Below are positions 26,445 to 32,383 of a DNA stretch of 32,383 nucleotides, in pieces. The translations under genes were made by a program, and so were the position numbers. The DNA is from a virus. Lineage: Duplodnaviria; Caudoviricetes. The notes under the pieces were generated by a model. That model saw nothing but the letters and a program-made list of their open reading frames with translations, had not been told where the DNA came from and searched no databases. The stretch lies in the IMG/VR virus record IMGVR_UViG_3300036985_001355, positions 1-32,383 of that record, one strand, 5' to 3'. Position 1 is the stretch's first letter. Each line of letters opens with the position of its first letter.

Positions 26445-27259
26445 CCTTGAGCGAATCCTTCACCAAGCTGTTCAGTAGCATCCTCTGTTCTTCCATCTGG
26501 TCCGAGAGCGACCAGACTCGCATCGTGTGGATCACCATGCTGGCGATGGCCGACCGAGATGGCTACGTCGGCGCGAGCGTCATCGGTCTCGCGCGCCTTG
26601 CCGGTGTGCCGATCGAAGACGCCAAGCGCGCCATCGACAAGTTCCTAGCACCCGACGAGAACAGTCGCAGCAAGGAACACGAAGGTCGGAGAATCGAGGT
26701 TGCTGACCGGGGCTGGAACATCCTTAACTACAGCCGCTTCAGGAACATGCGTGACGAGGAGTCGCGTCGTTCCTACGAACGAGAGCGCAAGCGGATGTCC
26801 CGCGAAATGTCCCGAATGTCCCGGACTGTCCCGGACATTCCACTTTTGTCTGCCCAAGCAGAGGCAGAAGCAAAGAGTAGTACATCCGTTCTCTCAGAGT
26901 CTCCTGTACACGCTAAGGCATCCGACAAGGATACTACCCGCCGCGTCAAGCGCGGCGCTGCTGTTGAGCGGCCAGACGAGGTGGCTGAACAGGTGTGGCA
27001 AGACTTCCTCGCAGTCCGCAAAGCGAAGAAGTCACCGGTCACGGCAACCGCAGTCGCCCGGCTTCGCAAGGAAGCCTCCAAGGCCGGTTGGACCCTGGAG
27101 CGTGTCCTGACCGAGTGCGCCGCTCGCGGCTGGCAGGGCTTCAACGCGGACTGGGTCAAGGACGCCGCCGCCAAGAACGGTCGGATCGAGTTTAGCACCG
27201 ATCCTGACCTCCCGTGTGATGAATGGGGCTTTCCCTTGTCCGTAGGAGGCCGTGGATAG
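26402..27259 (+). CDS. Phage replication initiator (lambda O-like role); true start may be TTG at 26447
   Basis: FTKLFSSIL.SSIW.E....RIVWITMLAMAD..G.V.AS..GLA..A winged-HTH-like N-terminus, a repeat-containing linker and a C-terminal WQDFL..RK.KK...W.GF...W domain. Directly upstream of a DnaC-like gene. Confidence 0.8.
   Translation: MSLDVRDMSRNVRDTLSESFTKLFSSILCSSIWSESDQTRIVWITMLAMADRDGYVGASVIGLARLAGVPIEDAKRAIDKFLAPDENSRSKEHEGRRIEVADRGWNILNYSRFRNMRDEESRRSYERERKRMSREMSRMSRTVPDIPLLSAQAEAEAKSSTSVLSESPVHAKASDKDTTRRVKRGAAVERPDEVAEQVWQDFLAVRKAKKSPVTATAVARLRKEASKAGWTLERVLTECAARGWQGFNADWVKDAAAKNGRIEFSTDPDLPCDEWGFPLSVGGRG
26795..26838. repeat. Iteron cluster, putative replication origin within the initiator gene
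   Basis: Four closely spaced TGTCCCG copies (ATGTCCCGcgaaATGTCCCGaATGTCCCGgacTGTCCCGgaca), followed by a relatively AT-richer tract. Confidence 0.75.
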
Positions 27260-27337
27260 CCCTAGAATCGACGATCTCTGGTCGGTTGACCGTCCAGAGC
27301 CTGGAACCGAGATAACGCAACAGAGAGGCGTATAGCG

Positions 27338-28189
27338 ATGCAAGGGACATTCGAAGTTGTAGCACGCGAGTCGGGAACTTGTCCCGACCACGGGCAGTTC
27401 AGCGCGGACGTTTGGGTCTGCAAGTCCGAGACGGTTGACCGGATCAAGAAGGTCAACCCCACGCACTGGATCTTGAAGCCGCACCGGGCGAACTGCCCGA
27501 AGTGCGATGCCATCTGGCAGGCTGAAGCGGACGAGACGCACGCGCGCGTCCGTGAAGGACGATCGGGCAGGGATCTCGCGATCTCTGCCGCCATCGCGGA
27601 CGCCACCATCCCGGCTCGCTACGTAGAATCCACGTTGTGGAACTGGCAGCACGGGATGGACGCCCAGAACCTCATCTGGAACTGGGCTCGCGACTTCTGC
27701 AACAGCATCGGGGACAACCTGGAACGTGGACGGTCTGCCGTGTTCCTGGGCTCACCCGGTACCGGCAAGACCCACCTTGCGGTCGGCATCCTGCGCCATG
27801 TCTTGGAGAAGGGCGGCACCGGCAAGTACACCACCGCGATCGACCTACTGGCACGGGTGAAGTCCACCTACAACCCGAACGCCACCGAGACCGAGACTGT
27901 CGCGCTCGCCGTGTTCATCCTGCCTGACCTACTCGTGATCGACGAGATGGGCCGCAACTCGGACACCACCTACTCGACGCAGCAGTTGTTCCATGTCTTG
28001 AACTGCCGATACAACGAGTTCAAGTCAACCATCCTGATCAGCAACATGAGCAAGGCCGAGTTTCAGAAACTCATCGGCGCGGCTCTCACAGATCGAATCC
28101 GCGAGAATGGTGGTCGCGCATTTGAGTTCAACTGGGCCAGTCAGCGCAACGCCAAGCGCGAACTCAAGAGAGAGGAGAACGAGGAGTGA
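27338..28189 (+). CDS. DnaC/IstB-like AAA+ helicase loader
   Basis: N-terminal CPDHG...CPKC zinc site, IPARY, Walker A GSPGTGKT, Walker B LLVIDE, TILISN and DRIRE. Confidence 0.92.
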   Translation: MQGTFEVVARESGTCPDHGQFSADVWVCKSETVDRIKKVNPTHWILKPHRANCPKCDAIWQAEADETHARVREGRSGRDLAISAAIADATIPARYVESTLWNWQHGMDAQNLIWNWARDFCNSIGDNLERGRSAVFLGSPGTGKTHLAVGILRHVLEKGGTGKYTTAIDLLARVKSTYNPNATETETVALAVFILPDLLVIDEMGRNSDTTYSTQQLFHVLNCRYNEFKSTILISNMSKAEFQKLIGAALTDRIRENGGRAFEFNWASQRNAKRELKREENEE

Positions 28190-28965
28190 ACTTCAGAGTC
28201 GTTAGCTTTGGAGGTGGCGTCAACAGCGCCGCCTTGGTGATCGGTCTGATGGAGAAGCAAACTCCACCAGACCTTGCGATGTTCGCTGATACCGGCGCAG
28301 AGAAGCCAGAGACATACAAGTTCGTGGATACGTTCCGCGACTGGATGGCGAAGGAACTGCCGTCGTGCGAGTTCAAGGTGGTTACCTACGCTGACACCTC
28401 GCAATACAGCAGCTTGGAGGACATGAGCCTCAAGCGGAAGGAGCTTCCCTCGCTTGCCTACGGGTTCAAGGGCTGCTCCCAGAAGTGGAAGCGATACCCG
28501 ATGGACAAGTTCTGCGCCGCGCACGAGAAGTCGAAGGCGGTGTGGGCAGCAGGCGTCAAGGTCGAGCGGTGCATCGGCATCGACGCGGGTGAGCGGCACC
28601 GTGCCGTGCTGACCGAAGACAAGCGATACCGCTACCGATACCCGCTAGTGGAGTGGAACTGGGATCGCGAGGATTGCGTGGCAGCGATCAAGCGCGTTGG
28701 GCTTCCGCAACCCGGCAAGTCTTCGTGCTTCTTCTGCCCCGCGATGCGCAAGAGCGAGATCTTCGCGTTGGAGCGAGAGCACCCTGATCTGTTCGCTAGG
28801 GCTATCGCACTGGAACGCAACGCGGTTGCACACACGGTTGTTGGCCTTGGTCGCAACTACAAGTGGGAGAACTTGGTGAAAGCCGACAAGGCCCAAGGCA
28901 AACTGTTTCCTGAATCAACACAGATCCCATGCGACTGCATGGATGGAGAGACCGAAGACGCATGA
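28186..28965 (+). CDS. PAPS-reductase-like (PP-loop) protein
   Basis: VVSFGGGVNS PP-loop, FADTGAE.PETY, C..KWK..P, IGID..E..R, YPL.EW...R.DC, KSSCFFCP and C-terminal CDC. Confidence 0.85.
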   Translation: MNFRVVSFGGGVNSAALVIGLMEKQTPPDLAMFADTGAEKPETYKFVDTFRDWMAKELPSCEFKVVTYADTSQYSSLEDMSLKRKELPSLAYGFKGCSQKWKRYPMDKFCAAHEKSKAVWAAGVKVERCIGIDAGERHRAVLTEDKRYRYRYPLVEWNWDREDCVAAIKRVGLPQPGKSSCFFCPAMRKSEIFALEREHPDLFARAIALERNAVAHTVVGLGRNYKWENLVKADKAQGKLFPESTQIPCDCMDGETEDA

Positions 28966-29291
28966 ACTTCCAAGACTACGAAGAAGCAGTGCAGCGCACG
29001 ATGAACATGAAAACAACGTGGCGCGAGCAGATGTGCAACTTCCTCATGGGACTCGCTGGCGAAGTCGGCGAAGTGACCGAGCCGGTGAAGAAGCACCTGT
29101 TCCACGGCAAGCCGCTGGATCTGGACAAGATTAAGGCGGAACTCGGAGATGTGCTGTGGTATCTCACCGCAGTCGCTGACACGATGGGGTTTCACCTAGA
29201 AGACATCGCGCAGCACAACGCGGACAAGCTCGCCAAGCGTTACCCCAATGGGTTTCACGGGCGGCGGCATGAGGAGGGGGATGGGGCATGA
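28962..29291 (+). CDS. mazG: MazG-like nucleoside triphosphate pyrophosphohydrolase
   Basis: GLAGEVGEV...KK...ELGDVLWYL...N..KL.KRYP. ATG at 28962 overlaps the upstream stop. Confidence 0.9.
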   Translation: MNFQDYEEAVQRTMNMKTTWREQMCNFLMGLAGEVGEVTEPVKKHLFHGKPLDLDKIKAELGDVLWYLTAVADTMGFHLEDIAQHNADKLAKRYPNGFHGRRHEEGDGA

Positions 29292-29566
29292 ACGAATACG
29301 AACTCAACAAGCAGGCGGAAGATATAGTCGCCGCCGTCCACGCAAACTGGGTCCATGATCCCAAGACCCTCAAGGATCTCAAGGGCAACATGGATCTCAT
29401 GGACAGGATCGTGGCGTTCAACGGTCTATCGGCCAAGGCGCGCGATGTGAACACGACCGCTTGCATCATCGAGATCCGCGAACGCATCGACACCACACGC
29501 GCACAGATGGCAACCATGCTGTCTAAGATCGAAGAACTGGCGCAAGCCATCTACGGGAGGAACTGA
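29288..29566 (+). CDS. Hypothetical protein
   Basis: 92 aa coupled ORF with a helical C-terminus. Confidence 0.6.
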   Translation: MNEYELNKQAEDIVAAVHANWVHDPKTLKDLKGNMDLMDRIVAFNGLSAKARDVNTTACIIEIRERIDTTRAQMATMLSKIEELAQAIYGRN

Positions 29567-29569
29567 GAG

Positions 29570-29794
29570 ATGACCAAGCACGCAGAAGGGACTTGCGCAA
29601 CGTGCAAGTATTTCCGCAAGGTAGAAACCGTGCAGTTCGGGGGTGAATGCCATCGCTACGCTCCGCGATCCGGGTTCTACCAGACACTACTCGCACAGTG
29701 CGGGACCAGCATCGAGGACAACATGGCTGCCAAGGTCGTGTGGCCCGAGGTCTACGACAACGACGGCTGCGGCGAATGGGAGCGTGAGCGATGA
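29570..29794 (+). CDS. Small Cys-rich protein
   Basis: SD GGAGG. CxxCKYF...GEC.RYAP...WPEV....CGEW pattern. Confidence 0.7.
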   Translation: MTKHAEGTCATCKYFRKVETVQFGGECHRYAPRSGFYQTLLAQCGTSIEDNMAAKVVWPEVYDNDGCGEWERER

Positions 29795-30168
29795 GCGAAC
29801 AAGAAGACCGCTTCCGCTTCATCGAGTGGCTTAAAGACCTCCGCGACCTCGACGGCATGGAGCAGTCCGCATTCGGACTCGCCGTCGAACTTCGCCTCAT
29901 CTGGGGCGAGAAGGAATACGGCGACAAGTCGTTCACGAAGCCGCTCGGTGATCTCGCCTACGAGGTGATGCAGGAGACGTACGACATCCCCGCGTGGATC
30001 TACATCCTGCGCCAGCGGCTTGTTGAACTGGAACCCGATACCGCCAAGCGGGAGCAGATGCTTTGCAAGCTCGACAGCGTGTGCCGCCTAGCTCACCAAG
30101 CGTGGGCGATCCTCGGCGAACTGCATCCGTCGCTCGTTGATATCGACGAGAAGCTCGATGGCGGCTAG
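29791..30168 (+). CDS. Hypothetical protein
   Basis: 125 aa with ATGA overlap and phage-typical codon usage. Confidence 0.65.
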   Translation: MSEQEDRFRFIEWLKDLRDLDGMEQSAFGLAVELRLIWGEKEYGDKSFTKPLGDLAYEVMQETYDIPAWIYILRQRLVELEPDTAKREQMLCKLDSVCRLAHQAWAILGELHPSLVDIDEKLDGG

Positions 30169-30691
30169 CGTCTGCACCCGCTGCACGCGGAAGCCGTGGC
30201 GGCACTGGTCGATCTGCTACTCGTGCATGTTGTCGTGCATTCACGGCAACGTCCGCCGCCGTTGCACTCAACTCGTGCGCGGCGCGGAATACGCATTCGA
30301 TCTGCCTTACTGCTCAAGCAAGGAGTTCCGCGCATGGGCAGCGAAGAACCACCCGCCCGTTGAACTCAAGAAGCCGACGCTAGGACGCAAGGACAACGCG
30401 CTCGGCTACACGACCGACAACCTAGTGTGGATCGACAAGAACCTGTCCGCCCGTCGCATCAAGCTGCCAGCGCATCTGCACCGCTGCGGCAAGTGCAAGC
30501 TCACGCTACCTGCAACCGCCGAGCACTTCGGCACCGGCAAGGGCTGGCGCGGACTAGGCTCGCGATGCCGCAAGTGCCGGTCCGTTGAAAACCACTACTA
30601 CTACGTGCAGGGCAAGAAAGGCGCGCAGCCGACTGCGATGGTTTCGTGCCACGACGGAACGACCGACGTAGCGCAGCCGACCGCGCGCTAG
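30158..30691 (+). CDS. Zinc-finger protein with a degenerate HNH-like motif
   Basis: CxxC...CxxC, then PTLGRKDNALGYTTDNLVWI (compare the SIDRIDN..GY...N..W pattern), then CxxC...F......CxxC. Confidence 0.6.
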   Translation: MAASVCTRCTRKPWRHWSICYSCMLSCIHGNVRRRCTQLVRGAEYAFDLPYCSSKEFRAWAAKNHPPVELKKPTLGRKDNALGYTTDNLVWIDKNLSARRIKLPAHLHRCGKCKLTLPATAEHFGTGKGWRGLGSRCRKCRSVENHYYYVQGKKGAQPTAMVSCHDGTTDVAQPTAR

Positions 30692-30693
30692 GC

Positions 30694-30801
30694 CAAGAAA
30701 AGCCCGCTGCCCCGGTGTTTCATGAGGGGAGAACAACACTGGAGAGAAACCCCGTCGCCGAATCTCTCGGCGCACCATGCCAGGGCAGCGTGCAAGAAAA
30801 G
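30694..30801 (-). ncRNA. Candidate structured RNA or terminator between convergent operons
   Basis: On the minus strand an 11-bp closing stem (CGCUGCCCUGG/CCGGGGCAGCG) encloses CAUGG/UCAUG, CGCCGA/UCGGCG and GGGG/CCCC stems and is followed by UUUUCUU. Confidence 0.45.
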
Positions 30802-30968
30802 TGCTAGCGGAGGCCGGAGAGTTGGAGAACCACGGTGCAACGTGGGCGCGCAAGAGTCAGTCGCGCGCAGGAGACGGCATCCGCTAGCGGTGTGCGGTTA
30901 GAAGCGCGCCCGTTGAACTTGGGCGCGCGAAAGAGCAAGCCAGCGGTCACTGGCTCGCGAACTGTCGC

Positions 30969-31184
30969 CTAGCAGGTAGGGGACTGCAAGGCTTTTTCGG
31001 CTTCTGCGAACGTGCGGCCCAGGTAGTGCGGCGTTCCGTCCGATGCGTAGCGCCACCAACCGTGCCGCCCGTTCGGTGCGTCGGGTAAGAACGCCCAGCC
31101 GTAGCGTATCCAGTGCTCGGAAAAGAGCGGGTGCCGAGTAAGCGCGAGGGTTAGCCTCTGGTGCTTGTTTAGCTTGGGGGTCAT
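30969..31184 (-). CDS. Hypothetical protein (71 aa, Trp-rich)
   Basis: ATGA overlap, AAGGGGG upstream. MTPKLNK...YLGRTFAEA. Confidence 0.6.
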   Translation of the reverse strand: MTPKLNKHQRLTLALTRHPLFSEHWIRYGWAFLPDAPNGRHGWWRYASDGTPHYLGRTFAEAEKALQSPTC

Positions 31185-31423
31185 GCGTCCGCCCCCTTGC
31201 GTTCCAACGCGGGCACGGTGCAGGCGACTTGCGGATGCCGTCCGCCGCCAAGATGCACGACGGACCACGGCGTGTTCCATTCGTCGCCTAGACGTTGCAG
31301 CGAGCGCGCGGCAGACATGGCTTCGCGCTTAGTGTGGAACGCATTCCCGTCCTGCCCGGCGGCGTAGCGGTCCGCTGGATCGGTAACGGGCGCGAGGTAG
31401 TAGCGATGGCGCGAGGCAGTCAT
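31181..31423 (-). CDS. Hypothetical protein (80 aa)
   Basis: SD GGAGG with ATGA overlaps on both sides. Confidence 0.6.
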   Translation of the reverse strand: MTASRHRYYLAPVTDPADRYAAGQDGNAFHTKREAMSAARSLQRLGDEWNTPWSVVHLGGGRHPQVACTVPALERKGADA

Positions 31424-31680
31424 TCTTCGTCCTCCGTTCCTTCCACCTCGCGCATCCACTCCCCGTCGAACTCGGCGAGTAAGGCGGCGCAGCTAGGCGC
31501 GACCATAAGCCGCAACGCGCCGTTGTGCGGGTAGCGTCCGCTACCTCCAGCCGCTTCGTGCGATCCGCGCAGCCATTCCGGTATCCATTCGACGCATACC
31601 ATCTCGGAACGCTGGAGCGTGTAGCCGCAGGAGTCGCCTTGCGCGGTGCCGCACTCGCATTGCATGAAGGTAGTGCTCAT
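31420..31680 (-). CDS. Hypothetical Cys-containing protein (86 aa)
   Basis: ATGA overlap and G-run SD. MSTTFMQCECG...EW.PEWLR.SH.AAG..G.YPHNGA. Confidence 0.65.
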   Translation of the reverse strand: MSTTFMQCECGTAQGDSCGYTLQRSEMVCVEWIPEWLRGSHEAAGGSGRYPHNGALRLMVAPSCAALLAEFDGEWMREVEGTEDEE

Positions 31681-32192
31681 CGCTCGCCCCCCCCATCGCT
31701 TTCGCGCCCGACTTCGTCCATGACTCGCGCCACCTCGCGCGATATGTCGGCTGCGCGGTCCTCCAGAGTGTAGACCGGTGCGCGTGCCGCAACCGGACGC
31801 CAGTGCTCTAGACCGAAGACGGTTTCCAGAACGCAAAGCGCCGTAGCGTCCGCAATGTAGATGCCGCCGTTCTGCACGCAGTGAACTAGCACGTAGCGCG
31901 TAACGCCGTCCGTTTCCGATCCAGCATCGGCATCGTCGATGATGTCGAGCACGATGCCCACCATGGCGCTTTCGTCCGGTGCGCCGTTCGCATACTGGAG
32001 CGGCTGCCGATACCGCGCAGCGCCAACGCACGCGAAGTCGCCAACGCGCAGCATCGGCCAGAAGCGCGTAGGAACGGATTCGTACGCGTAGCAGATATCC
32101 TGCGCCGTCGCGTAGTTCTTCGGCAGAACGCCGTCGCGCCAGTAGGCCCCTACGTGGTCGCCTGCCTTGTTGAGTAGTTCGGTGCCTTCCAT
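31677..32192 (-). CDS. Hypothetical protein (171 aa)
   Basis: ATG at 32192 preceded by AAAGGA. Its stop overlaps the next ATG. Confidence 0.6.
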   Translation of the reverse strand: MEGTELLNKAGDHVGAYWRDGVLPKNYATAQDICYAYESVPTRFWPMLRVGDFACVGAARYRQPLQYANGAPDESAMVGIVLDIIDDADAGSETDGVTRYVLVHCVQNGGIYIADATALCVLETVFGLEHWRPVAARAPVYTLEDRAADISREVARVMDEVGRESDGGGER

Positions 32193-32383
32193 TTTTTCCT
32201 TTCGTGTCGAGCCACCGTCCGCCGAAATGGCGACCGGCATTGACCGCGATACGCTTGCGGGGGCGGTGCTATTGCCTTGGCTTCGATCCGTCCGCACGAT
32301 CCGCGTTCCAATACCTCCCGGCAAGGACCACGATCGTAGCTGGCTGCGCAACGCACTCGGGGTTATGCCCGCGCCTTGCATGG

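Noticed and set aside
26401-26838. Short repeats considered as a mini-CRISPR array
   Set aside because: The units are 7-21 bp without unique ~30-bp spacers and are better explained as iterons or an operator.
28186-28965. Calling the gene cysH, a sulfate-assimilation auxiliary metabolic gene
   Set aside because: It lacks the C-terminal ECG(L/I)H motif of true CysH, and it sits among replication and nucleotide genes with no sulfur-pathway genes.
30700-30800. tRNA gene in the structured intergenic region
   Set aside because: There is no T-loop GTTCRA motif, 7-bp acceptor stem or cloverleaf spacing.
32193-32381. N-terminal extension of the last minus-strand ORF as given in the ORF track
   Set aside because: A clear SD (AAAGGA) precedes the ATG at 32192, and the extension looks like non-coding leader sequence.
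1-32383. Diversity-generating retroelement, expected by analogy with BPP-1
   Set aside because: No reverse transcriptase motif and no template/variable repeat pair were seen in this window.

Overview
About 32 kb of a GC-rich dsDNA tailed phage with a BPP-1-like podovirus virion module. The + strand structural block (1-18.6 kb) holds a 5'-truncated major capsid protein, two Bbp16-like cement paralogues and a terminator. It continues with a galactose-oxidase-like copper radical oxidase, the head-tail adaptor, the tail nozzle, three ejection/internal virion proteins and two membrane/lysis genes. The largest internal protein carries an inserted ADP-ribosyltransferase-like domain and an HExxH motif. 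A leftward operon (YqaJ exonuclease, RecT, excisionase-like HTH) and a rightward operon start from back-to-back sigma70-like promoters with no repressor between them. The rightward operon holds a resolvase-like nuclease, an SSB-like protein, a chain of small coupled ORFs, an initiator with iterons, a DnaC-like loader, a PAPS-reductase-like enzyme and MazG. Four small minus-strand genes close the window. The main candidate novel system is the AA5-type oxidase: all five catalytic residues are present, it has no signal peptide, and it sits among virion genes next to an adaptor fused to a His/Cys-bearing BppU-like domain. All family assignments come from motif recognition by eye; no database searches were run.
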